52,741 bases of DNA from Nemertoderma westbladi (Eukaryota; Animalia; Xenacoelomorpha): assembly GCA_032718475.1 (NCBI GenBank), contig JAUCBJ010006837.1, positions 1-52,741 on the forward strand. The letters are read 5' to 3'. The position numbers were made by a program, and so were the translations under genes. Each line of letters starts with the position of its first letter. Position 1 is the first letter of the stretch. Below, piece after piece: positions 23,890 to 35,762 of the stretch. The notes beneath the pieces were generated by a model. It was not told the origin of the DNA, made no database searches, and saw nothing but the letters and a program-made list of their open reading frames with translations.

Positions 23890-24092
23890 AAGGGGGGGGG
23901 GGGGGGGGGGGGGGGGGGGCTGGACCCAAATAACAGCTGATTATTCTCAAAAGTGTTCTATTGTTTCGGTTAAAATAACGTGGCACTGTAACCTGCTCCT
24001 TTCCCTAAATGGAGAATTTAACATTGAGGCGGGATATTAATTCGCCAAGGTGGGATTTGCGTCCAGTCCCCCCCCCCCCCCCCCCCCCCCCT
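23890..24092. repeat. Inverted-repeat element with poly-G and poly-C arms
   Basis: G-run 23892-23919 plus ctggacccaaat is mirrored by atttgcgtccag plus C-run 24068-24091. Confidence 0.7.
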
Positions 24093-24808
24093 GTCTCAAA
24101 AATTACGTACAACATTGTGTGAAGGAAAACGCCACTATTCAGTCTCAAAGAGTCTCATTTATTTATGTTAATCTCCGTCGCAGCGGCACCTAAACCCGGT
24201 CCATCTGCTCTCACATATTATGATGTAAATGTTATAAATTATTTAAATACAATCATTTTTTGTTTTATATAATTAATATTATGTCTCCGAATAAATAGTT
24301 GTTTCATAATATATTCCATTCAATTAATAATTGTGTTCCCATATTCTAGCACTACTACTACTACTACTTTTATAATATAAAATCATAATTAGAGATGAGT
24401 AGGATTGTTGTCTTGTAAAGTACAAGATTTTGCTATGGGGTAAAAAAATATGAATCACAAACAATAAAATCAGCTCGAATATTAATTTATTATCCTATTA
24501 AATATATGTTGAGGTAACATTATATCGGCGGCTGATATTTTCGAAAGATCCCACATATTATTTTAGTGATAAAAACTCGTTCTTATCACTGATTTGACCA
24601 ATTTTTTTCTCGTTTCAGGGCCTTCCGTTCCTTCCGTACTAAATATCGCGTAGTTACAGTTGGGTTGTGTCGCAGTGACAGAGTGGCTACAGCTCCTGAA
24701 TAGGTATGGCGCGCAGGCTCAAATTGCCCACGAGTTGCTTACCGGTCTTATTCGTGTCTCACACGTCACCAATCACTCTTTTTACTGTAACCTGATAGTT
24801 CCTGCTGG

Positions 24809-25600
24809 TAGGGATGTGGTGAATGTCCGCATCCGCGGATATCCGCATGATTTTTCGCATCCGCATCCGCACCCATGGCATGCGGATGTGACATGCGGAT
24901 GTTACATGCGCTATTCAAGCATCCTGTCTGAAGGCCCAGTAACCACTCAATTAAATTTTCAATAATAATTATTTTTTCCCATATGACATTTTTTTTATTT
25001 TATCTTAAAATTATCAAAGTATAAAATATCAAAATTATTTCTTACTACTTATTTCTTATATCAACTTGGCCAGATGCAAAATAAACTACTGTACTGTATT
25101 ATGCCAGGACCTAATGTCCCAAGACCTCATGACGCAGGCCAGGACCAAACGATCGACGTGTAAGTTTGTCTGTCTGTATATCTGTCTGTAAGTCTATCTG
25201 TCTGTCGGACTCAAAGTCATAAATAGATAGAGACAATCAAGATGCTGACAAAAGTAAAAAGAGGATCAACCTTATAAGTTCGATTTTGTGTGCCAGTGTG
25301 TGTACACGTACATTATTGTACACTATACAGTATAGACTAACACTCGACGGGAACAATACAAAAAATGTTTGTTATATTATTGTTTTGTTATATTATGTCC
25401 CATTCTGTTCTATAACCTTAGACTCTTGTTAGTTTATTAATATAAGATTAGAATATAATATTAAAATGTTGGTATAACCTCGATGTAAAAGGGAGGCCAG
25501 GCAAAAATATATGTTTTAATAGACATCCGCATCCGTTCGGATGTCACCTCAGACATCTGCATCCGCAGATGTTAACAATATGAGATTCGCAACATCCCTA
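24809..25600. mobile_element. Non-autonomous hAT element
   Basis: TIR TAGGGATGT(G/T)G(T/C)GAAT; perfect 8-bp TSD cctgctgg (24801-08, 25601-08); CATCCG subterminal repeats at both ends. Confidence 0.92.
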
Positions 25601-25739
25601 CCTGCTGGTAGTTGTTTTATCTATTAATATTTAATTGTACACTCTTACATATTTTGTAATTCACATTTGCCCCGAGAGAGAAAGAGCTATTCAGGAAGTA
25701 AGGGGGGTGGTGAGTAATAGTAATGGGTTGAAATTTTTG

Positions 25740-26220
25740 TTTTTCATTTCATCTTGAACAGATTTGTATGAGGATTCCAAATCCGAAAACCGCTTAGTAA
25801 TATCTCGAGATATATGGCTCTCTGGGTGTCTGTCCGTCTGAGTGTCGGTCTGTCAATATAATATAATGTATATTTTTCAAAACAAGTTGGACCGGTAAGA
25901 TAACAAGTTATAAACTTATAAACATCGTCTCGGCCAACTTGTGTCGGTCTGTCCATCGGTCATTCTGTATAAACATCAGAAGCTGAATAAAACATTTCCT
26001 ACAAAGGCTTTTCTTGGTCGGTACTTATTTTATTTTGAAATAATAACTGAATGTGACAACAGAGTTTTTCGACACACCGTCCGTCGGACAGACAGACATT
26101 CAGACTGACAAGATTTCTTTAAAAGTAAAAACTGAATGAAATCATAATAACCCCCATCAGCGAATATTTTATCAAGGTGTGGTGCTTTCATGTTGATAGA
26201 TGTTATATTAACAGACATTC
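25740..26220. mobile_element. Possible Helentron/DINE-1-like non-autonomous remnant
   Basis: gtctgtccgtctg / cggacagacagac microsatellite tracts next to 'tatctcgagatatatgg'-type motifs; ends not defined. Confidence 0.3.
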
Positions 26221-26339
26221 TTACATATTGACAGTGGAGTTTTGCGTAAAAAATATAAATTCTGGCTGTAGCCGCTAAGGGGCATCAAAATTATTTTTTT
26301 TAATTAAAGACCAGTACATCCACGAACCCTCTTGTATAG

Positions 26340-27175
26340 GGATAGTTATAAAACCCGAAAAAAACGAAAAGGACGAAATTATTAACGAAAATATCGAAAT
26401 TATAAAACTTTAAATAAAATCAAACTTTCCAGTAAGATCGGTATTATTAGAAAGCACACTTTACATTTTTTAATTAATAAAATCCGATAATTTCGCCCCA
26501 TTTTCGACCCTAAAAGTAATTTAATACCAAATACTAGCTCTGCTGATTGGTTGTTAGGGGTGATCCAATGATTGCAAAACACCACAAGATGGCGCTCAAA
26601 TTATGACAGTACAGTCAGAGTGTAGGCCTACTGCAGTTATAGCGACTGCTGGACTGCAATTCTGTAGTTACGTTCACCTGTTCACATCCGCCACGCCGCG
26701 TCACTTGCCTGACAGTCACTGTAGGCCTACAGTGCACACCTAGGCCAGGTAGCGCTAAAGGCACCGTATGCCGTAATGCAAACAACATTTCATATGGGAA
26801 TTACATCGTTGCAGTATTGGGTTAGGGTACCGGACCGCTTCTTTCAACTTTGCCGCTTCAGGCTGTACCGTACCATATGCTTGTACTGTACAGTAATACA
26901 CCAGTAGGCCCCTATACTGATCTGTTGATGCTGAGTCATTCATCCAAGCTGCCATTATTGGTCAACACCCAACAACCAACCAGGAGACAGTATTTGGTAT
27001 TAAATTACTTTTAAGGTCGAAAATGGGGCGAATTTTATTAATTAAAAAATGTAAAGTGTGACTTATAATTATACTCATCTTATTGGAATGCGAGATTTTG
27101 TAGATTGTTTGATAATTTTGATATTTTCGCTGATAAATTCGTCTTTTTCGTTATTTTCGGGATTTATAACTATCC
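26340..27175. mobile_element. Non-autonomous MULE (Mutator-like) element
   Basis: About 230-bp imperfect TIRs starting GGATAGTTATAAA; perfect 9-bp TSD cttgtatag (26331-39, 27176-84). Confidence 0.9.
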
Positions 27176-27712
27176 CTTGTATAGTACCCTTACTGCCCCA
27201 TCTCCCCCAACCCTGGTATTTGTGTTGATACAGTATTTCCTGATAATTAAAATTAAAGTCCCTTTTTTAAAATTAGGCAGCAGCTTATTTTTGGCCGTAA
27301 CTTCGCGAGTTTTGATCGTAGGGATCTTATTTTGGGCTCATTCTGTTCGGAATATATGGTTTTTATTCAAATCCACTTTTAATTTTATAATGTTTTCTCA
27401 TGACCTACTATATAGGTATATAGTCTATAGGATGTCATGGTTTTCTCATCCAAAAAAGCTGTGAAAAAAATACATATTTTTAAAAATTGTGTTCCAATAT
27501 TCTAGATTTTGCAGTCTAAAAGTAAAGTAAATTGCTGATTTCAAAAATCTATAGGTTTAGAGGTTTTTATTTCGCTGCATTGCAACAATTAAGTCACAAA
27601 TGCTTCCAATAACTATTGGAATCGTTTAGACGTTTGGTACTAAGATGGATTGGATAAATAAAGTGCATCAGATTTTATTATTGATAATGTTTCCAAGGGA
27701 ACCTACATTTGT

Positions 27713-29224
27713 CCCAGGTAGCACAGGACGTCCACGAAAAAAATTGAACGTTCATATTTGGTACTTTTTTCCTGCGAATCTGAATGAACATCTGTGAAAT
27801 ATCGTTCAAAATTGGTAAAAATTGCTGACGTTGTGAGTAATTTACCAAATTGTGACGTTCACATTAGGTAATTTAACGTCCTAACTTTAAAGAAATTGAA
27901 TATGTACCAAAACAAACGAATATTGAACGTTCAAATTGCGTCCAGTTATGCGTTCATTTTTTTGTACCTAAATAACTTGTTATGTCAATGGCATGTTCAA
28001 ACTTGTTCGTGATACAATTATCTGACTATTTATTATTTTGCAAATATTTTTAATGTTGGTTAGCCTATTCCTTGTATGGTTGGTGTGGTTCCGCTTAGTT
28101 ATACTGTATCTGGACTAATGGTTCATTCTCAATACAAAACAATTACTTTAAGTAATCGAAAAATTATTCACACAACAAAACATTGATAACCAATACAATG
28201 CTGACGCATTTTTAAACATTTTAAACAACAAATAACATCAAAATTAGACAAAGGTGATTCTACTGATTACTAATGCTAATACACTAGTACTATGTCACGA
28301 AAAATTGTAATAAAATTATTAGAATATATTAGGCCTTTTGAACCAAGAAAATATCAAACAAAGAAAACCGCAAAAGTTTGTCTATTTTGATACCAACTGA
28401 CCAAATACCATTACATTTTGTTGAGATAAATCGGATATATGGGCGTTGGAATGTTCAAACTTCTATCATGCGTAGGGTAATTTTTTTAATCGCAAAACAT
28501 TATTTTTTATTTTACAAATTTATCATATTATATAAACCTTTCTTACGTTTCAATTGCTTTTTGTATGTATTATTGCCTTATTGCATAGATACAAAATTTC
28601 AAATATCAATTATAAGGTCATAAAATTAATTAATTTTTTTAAGATTCATCAATATGAATAATCTATTTTGGCTGGAAATAAGATAAAATACAGAAATCTA
28701 ACTAATCCAATGCGAATTTGTGGATCATCACCATAATATATCATGGATACTCTTATATCACTATCGATTAAATAATTTCATATATACTCTGATGCTTCCT
28801 TCTCTAAATGTATAGGGTATTGTAGGTGTAGGGCCGTAGGATAGGGTGTAGGGATTGGATAAGGTAGGCTACCCCCCCCCCCCCCCCCCCCCCCCTCTCT
28901 ACACAGAACATGCACCAACAAACAGTGATTGGTTGGTCTCACGTTAAATTTTTACGTTTATTCAACCTAATATGGACCTATAACACACCAGAAGTGAACG
29001 TCTAGTGAACACGTCATTTGAACATAGATTGCCTGTGGTCTCTTTTACGTTCAATTGCCCGTTCATATTACGGTACTTCTGACGGCCAACTTTGAACTAT
29101 TGAACGTTTAGCATCAATAGCATCTTATGGGAGAAATACAACGTCATATGAACATAAATCCACAACGTCTGGACGAATAATGAACGTAAATTTACCGTAA
29201 ATTTACGTATTTGTGCTACCTGGG
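27713..29224. mobile_element. Non-autonomous CACTA/EnSpm (animal CCCAG-type) element
   Basis: 13-bp TIR CCCAGGTAGCACA / TGTGCTACCTGGG; 2-bp TSD GT; many GAACGT/ACGTTC subterminal repeats at both ends. Confidence 0.85.
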
Positions 29225-29695
29225 GTAGTAGCAGTCGGACAACAACTGTGGTTGTTACACATTTATTAGCGGGATGATAACTATTCCTAATGCTGGGCTA
29301 CGGCCAAAAAAGTTATTTTGCCCTAGGGCTAAATAACCATGTTATTCCCTCTTAGTAGTGAAGTGTTTATCGTGACACCACAGACTGACATACAAACATA
29401 GGAACCGGTATTGCTGCTGTACTCGTCTTAGGTCTGTTGTGTGTCACATCAGGTGTAAATCAGGTATTCAGACCACCAACTAGTTTTGTACTTCATGTTT
29501 CATTATTATTGGGCGTTTTGTATTTCATGTTTCATTATTATTGGGCTGTGCTCTACTAGACAGCAAGGCCTATTTATGTCTCATTAATCACCTCATTGTC
29601 ATACTCATATTATTGACGAATTATACTGACGGAACTGACCCATGACAACTTTCAATTTCCACAGCAAATTAAGAGGTACCGGTACAGTAGGCCTA

Positions 29696-30807
29696 CAGTC
29701 CCTATCTCATTCTGAATATTATTTCTCAAACTGGGTATCATTTCTCAAACCTTTTACTAATGATAGTCAACGGAGAATTTCAGTAGGTAAGACTGGGGTA
29801 AGAGTTGAGAAATCAGAAAGATGCAGCCAGCTCAATCTAACTCAAACTAGAGTCTGGCGCCATGGTTTGAGTTAGGTTGACTTCCAACTGTGTCATACTC
29901 AGCATTACTCTTCCTGTACGGGATGGATAATTACTCTGGTTGAGTGAGGCACCACATGGGGAAGGGGCCTCTGTCTGTTGCTTGGGCTCTTGAGTTAATG
30001 GGTTGAATTACATAAGCTGGGCAGGCCGGCTTGCGTGTGTCTCATAAAAGACATGTCAATCACGCAGTTCCTTTGTGGGCTTTACTAAATGTATGTTGTT
30101 AACTAAACCACACTGGCTCGGTCTGTTTGTAGAGAAAGTTTTAATTCTGGGAATATTGTTGTGGGAAATTGGTGCTCTGTTGTCTGTCTGTTTGATGTCA
30201 ATTGGTGCCTTACAAGACATATCAGTTTAAAAATCTAATGGTTAATTAAGAATTATTAGTGCATATGGGACCTCGCAACACCCCCCCCCCCCCCCCCTCC
30301 CATTAGAAACATTAGCGAAATATACGCAACATTAAAATAAATTTATAAAATTGGTTGGTTATATTATATGGTTATATTTTAATGTAAAATAACGTTAAAA
30401 TGTTATGAGTCATACATACTTAATAAATGTAATAAAAATTAATAAATCTTCAGTTTAATAATTTTTTAGCATATAATTTTTTTATTCTGAAATTTAAAAA
30501 TAAATTGAGTCACTGAGTCTGCAACTTAATTCTCACTGTCTACTGGAGTTAATTACACACAAACAAATCAAGTTTAGGGAATGTTATAACAGCAGGAGAC
30601 CATCAATCCCGTAGGCAGAGTATAACAGAAGCGAGTGGGCCATTAAACACAGACAGCTTGTTGTATGAATGCTACACAGTGCACAGTGGGTGGTTACGCG
30701 AGTTTGAGTTGGGTTTGAGTAAACCAGACAGGTTTGAGTTAGTAAGAGTGAGGTAAGAGAAAAGGTACCCAGTTTGAGAAACAGTATCTAGAATGAGATA
30801 GGGACTG
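29696..30807. mobile_element. Non-autonomous Tc1/mariner-type element
   Basis: TIR CAGTCCCTATCTCATTCT...TTTCTCAAACTGGGTA; TA dinucleotide on both sides. Confidence 0.85.
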
Positions 30808-31089
30808 TACATAGTGTCACAGCCCAGAGTCGCACCGTACCAGGTCTGCAGCCCTGCAGGTAGGTCTAGTTTGGCCTGTATTTATATAGGCTGCAAGGTA
30901 CCGTACTACCTCGTACTGCAGTGAGGCGTTTCTCCAGTTCCTTCCTCCTAAATGTTAAAAAAAGATATCTAAGAATGTCGTTTATATACGTTCGCCTCTT
31001 TCTGCCTTTTCCTTTTTATTACAGACATTGAAACGTTTTAATATTAAAGTAAAGTAAAAAAAAGTATTGACCGGTCTTCTAAGCGGAAG

Positions 31090-31332
31090 ATCTGGTCAAG
31101 CCCCAGAACAGCCAAATTTTTGCTCGCTTCCAGTTGTACTGTAGGCTAATGGCAACCTGTCATGAGTTAAGGAGTAAAGAATATGGTTAGATAACCAGAG
31201 TACTCGACCTTGGGAGTAGTGTGGTGCCTTCCCTGCGTTACAGATAATAGCCAAGATAATGGAGCCTTTGGGTTGTTGCCTCTGGTGTTTCTTCTTACAC
31301 GTTTAAATATAACTTTACTTTACTTTACTTTA
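31090..31332 (+). mobile_element. Possible SINE/LINE 3' remnant with (TTTAC)n tail
   Basis: Ends in ctttactttactttacttta (about 31313-31332); no head recognised. Confidence 0.3.
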
Positions 31333-31911
31333 TGCAGTTCTTAGCCAACACTACATTTTCTAGACCATACTTTGATATAGTGGAGCGGAGATAGGTGTTG
31401 TTCGACTCTAAGTGACATCCTTCTTTTAAAACTGGCATAACAACCCGTTACTATGGGAATATTAATGTTATTCTTATAATGTTACTATTTAGTTAGCTTA
31501 AATATAGCTCAAAATGTGGAGAAAAAGAAGTACCTACTTTTTTCCCTGGGGAATAATAGTTAATCATACAGTAGGCCTAGGATTGCATTGAACTTACTTT
31601 TCCCGGCGAAAGATGTAAATGTGAAAATATTTTTCGTGTTGAAAGAGCATCGAAATAGAAAATGTTTGTAGCTTTAAGTAATATATTTATATTAATATAT
31701 ATTCATATACATATAATATATATTCTTAATAAACTTCATATATTCCAGAACCATTAAATTAATTAACAATTTCCTAAGTACTAAATAATTATTTATACAG
31801 TACTAATAAATGTATTTAATGTGAACGATATACACCCCCCTTCTGGGGGTAGTGGATACATGACATGTCCACCAAAAATACTATTCAATTAATTCAGCCA
31901 AATTAGTTATA

Positions 31912-32609
31912 CAGTACAGGCCACCAGAAAACGCAGATTTGTACAATTGTGAATACATTTTATCAAATGTGTACCAGTGTAATGTAATGTTGTTGAACGG
32001 GACAATTGAACATAATTGAATTGGCATCAACCAAAATTTTTTCGCCAAAGGGTACAATTGAATACTTTTGAAACACTTAGTAAGCTGGAAACTCTCTGTA
32101 GTTTGCCGCTAACTGTCACTCACTGCAGCTGGAAATGCGATAAGGATATTGTTTACCTTTATAGTGTGCGGTTAATAGTGTCTAGTAGGCAGGCCTATAG
32201 TTAGTGATGTTAAGGCATCTTCTGGTGTTTCTGTGTGCCTTCTCGGTGTCAGACTAATGGCGCGACATCTCCCCCTGCACTAAATTAATTATTCAATGGT
32301 CTAGGCTCCTCCATCCACATACCCATCCACCCATACACTCCACGAACCTCCATGTGGTCTTGTATGTAGTTCTCTCTCTACCAATACAGCCCATGTCCGC
32401 AATGTTACGCCCTGGGGACTCTCTCATCTACCTGATATCAGACATACAGGCGCACCGCACACAAAGCCTTTGTCGGTCCCAGCAAGTTAGCCTCCTGCTG
32501 TGTAATCTAGAAGATAACTCTCCATAACCTGCCAATCAGATGACTTGAACAAATGTGTTCACATGTGATCACATTGGATGAAATCTGCTTTTTCTGGTGG
32601 CCTGTACTG
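31912..32609. mobile_element. Non-autonomous Tc1/mariner-type element
   Basis: TIR CAGTACAGGCCACCAGAAAA(C/A)GCAGATTT; TA on both sides. Confidence 0.88.
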
Positions 32610-33071
32610 TATATCCAATTTGAAGTTTATGCAATGTTACTCCTAGCGGCCAATGTAAGAAAATAGGAATTTTAGAATGTAAACCATTTAAATAAGTTTG
32701 ACATCAATATTCACTAACAAATTCAGGTGCTTTTTTGATGATCGAATCTTACGGCGATTGGATGAATTAAGCATAGAGCTATACAACATACATGACACAG
32801 TACCACAGTAGGCCTAATGTTTTACCTTTGGAGCTTGGGTGTTATTATTCCCTTGGGCAAAATAACACCTATGCAATTAATGAATTAAAGTGAAACACAC
32901 CGAAAATTTTCCCCAATGCCCTTGGGCAAAATCAATATAAACACCCCCAAAACTTTCCAAGCCCCATTTTGTAAACTCTCCCCCCAAACAATGCCCTTTT
33001 AGAATCTGTAAATAGTTGTTAAGGGATAAAAATAATCGAAATGCATACCACAGTACATGTGTAACAACTTA

Positions 33072-33204
33072 CTTATTCCCCAGAAGTTAGTTATTTTCCC
33101 AGTTATTTAACCCTTGGGCAGGAACACCCTCGGGCTTCGCCCTCGGGTTGTTTCCTGCCCGCGGGTTAAATAACTGGGAAAATAACTAACTTCTGGGGAA
33201 TAAG
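33072..33204. repeat. Near-perfect palindromic MITE/hairpin
   Basis: 42-bp perfect arms cttattccccagaagttagttattttcccagttatttaaccc / reverse complement, extended by gggcaggaa / ttcctgccc; centre ccctcgggcttcgccctcggg. Confidence 0.9.
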
Positions 33205-33340
33205 CATAGTTGTAAATACTTATTTAATATTGATTGACGTAATACAGTATAATCAATACATAAAAATTAAATTATTTTAATTTTTAATATAATTTTTATA
33301 AGTATTAATGCCCATTAATGCTAATATAAGTATTACTGCC

Positions 33341-34270
33341 CTGGGACTGGAGCTAAATGCGTCACTAACCGCAGTCTGCTCTGGGACTGGAGCTAAATGC
33401 GTCACTAACCGCAGTCTGCTATGGGACTGGAGCTAAATGCGTCACTAACCGCAGTCTGCTATGGGACTGGAGCTAAATGCGTCACTAACCGCAGTCTGCT
33501 CTGGGACTGGAGCTAAATGCGTCACTAACCGCAGTCTGCTCTGAGACTGGAGCTAAATGCGTCACTAACCGCAGTCTGCTCTGGGACTGGAGCTAAATGC
33601 GTCACTAACCGCAGTCTGCTCTGGGACTGGAGCTAAATGCGTCACTAACCGCAGTCTGCTCTGGGACTGGAGCTAAATGCGTCACTAACCGCAGTCTGCT
33701 ATGGGACTGGAGCTAAATGCGTCACTAACCGCAGTCTGTTCTGGGACTGGAGCTAAATGCGTCACTAACCGCAGTCTGCTCTGGGAATGGAGCTAAATGC
33801 GTCACTAACCGCAGTCTGTTCTGGGACTGGAGCTAAATGCGTCACTAACCGCAGTCTGCTCTGGGAATGGAGCTAAATGCGTCACTAACCGCAGTCTGTT
33901 CTGGGAATGGAGCTAAATGCGTCACTAACCGCTGTCTGCTCTGGGACTGGAGCTAGATGTGTCACTAACCGCAGTCTGCTCTGGGACTGGACCTAAATGC
34001 GTCACTAACCGCAGTCTGCTCTGGGACTGGAGCTAAATGCGTCACTAACCGCAGTCTGCTCTGGGACTGGAGCTAAATGCGTCACTAACCGCAGTCTGCT
34101 CTGGGACTGGAGCTAAATGCGTCACTAACCGCAGTCTGCTATGGGACTGGAGCTAAATGCGTCACTAACCGCAGTCTGCTCTGGGACTGGAGCTAAATGC
34201 GTCACTAACCGCAGTCTGCTATGGGACTGGAGCTAAATCCGTCACTAACCGCAGTCGGCTCTGGGACTGG
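33341..34270. repeat. 40-bp minisatellite, about 23 copies
   Basis: Unit ctgggactggagctaaatgcgtcactaaccgcagtctgct, head-to-tail with few substitutions and no spacers. Confidence 0.98.
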
Positions 34271-34685
34271 AAGTAACACAAAACTCGTGAGACTTTGTAA
34301 GTAATTCCTGGACGAATAACTGAAGAAATCTTTATTTCTAGTTTGGTGCGGCACGTTTGATGCGATTAAACGGGGGCCGCAAAAATCATTTATTACTCGG
34401 GAAAAAAAGTAGAAGATTTGTTTTACTATTCTTAAGGCATTTTATTTACCGAGCGTCATTGGCAGCGAGGTTAATAAAGGGTCAAGATAATATTGAAGAC
34501 AAATGTTCTACGGTTTTTTTCCCATGTAATACGTACTTTTTTCTTAAATTGGTAGATTTTTATTGGTTAAATACTTAATAAATTATAGAGCGATAGTGTT
34601 ACAAAATAAATTGAACTGTAGTAGTATTTTACTATATTGCTTCCATAGTTACTGCTATTGTAATTATTGTACTCTTCAACACCTG

Positions 34686-35307
34686 TCAGTAACGTACCAC
34701 AGTAACGTAGTGACGTACCACAGTAACGTACCACAGTAACGTAGTGAAGTACCACAGTGACGTAGTGACGTACCACAGTAACGTAGTGACGTACCACAGT
34801 AACGTAGTGACGTACCACAGTAACGTAGTGACGTACCACAGTAACGTAAAGTGAGGTTAGTGACGTACCACAGTAACCGTAGTGACGTACCACAGTAACG
34901 TAGTGACGTACCTCAGTAACGTAGTGACGTACCACAGTAACGTAGTGACGTACCACAGTAACGTACCACAGTAACGTAGTGAAGTACCACAGTGACGTAG
35001 TGACGTACCACAGTAACGTAGTGACGTACCACAGTAACGTAGTGACGTACCACAGTAACTTAGTGACGTACCACAGTAACGTAAAGTGAGGTTAGTGACG
35101 TACCACAGTAACCGTAGTGACGTACCACAGTAACGTAGTGACGTACCTCAGTAACGTAGTGACGTACCACAGTAACGTAGTGACGTACCACTGTAACGTA
35201 GTGACATACTACAGTAACGTAGTGACGTACCACAGTAACGTAGTGACGTACCACAGTAACGTAGTGACGTACCACAGTACGTAGTGACGTACCACTGTAA
35301 CGTAGTG
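34686..35307. repeat. 21-bp CpG-rich minisatellite with a 235-bp higher-order duplication
   Basis: Unit gacgtaccacagtaacgtagt; variants gtgaag (34744/34979) and gtgagg (34851/35086) recur 235 bp apart. Confidence 0.95.
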
Positions 35308-35480
35308 GATAAGATGTCGGGTTATGATTGTAAAGGCTGTTGGTTCGAATCTCACCCATCGAATGACGTCATGTCATGTCATGTTGGGTCTTGGGTGACA
35401 TACTGAATATACATAGTTGATAGTTAATGTATGTCTTACGAGGGACATACCGAGAATAATGTCGTACTGCGATATAAAGT
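35286..35480 (+). mobile_element. tRNA-derived SINE head (or tRNA pseudogene) with Pol III A and B boxes
   Basis: A-box-like TAACGTAGTGG 35298-35308, B-box GGTTCGAATC 35342-35351 at tRNA spacing; cloverleaf stems are broken; downstream ttgggtcttgggtgacatactgaa loosely resembles a SINE body motif; the 3' end is approximate. Confidence 0.7.
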
Positions 35481-35762
35481 TGGAAAATATATGGCCCTGA
35501 AGATTTGGTAATTAATTTAACACAAATACATAAATGAAATAACTCAACTTGAAGTGTATTTATTTTATTGAATTAGAAAAAAAAAATATATTCACCATTC
35601 ATCGCCAAATTATTTCATTATTACTAATCCGTAGACTTTATCAGAAGATCATAATATAATTATAATATAAAAAATAACAATTATATATCTTTTATGTTAA
35701 AGTCACCAAACCAGATAACTAATGACGAACATCTTGGCGTTGAATTCCCCCCCAGACCTCTA

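Noticed and set aside
33341-34270. CRISPR-like array
   Set aside because: Units are contiguous with no unique spacers, there are no cas genes, and the context is eukaryotic.
34567-35359. ORFs encoding VVRHYVT repeats
   Set aside because: These are translations of the 21-bp minisatellite.
35286-35360. Functional tRNA gene
   Set aside because: A and B boxes are present, but the acceptor, anticodon and T stems do not pair and there is no poly-T terminator.
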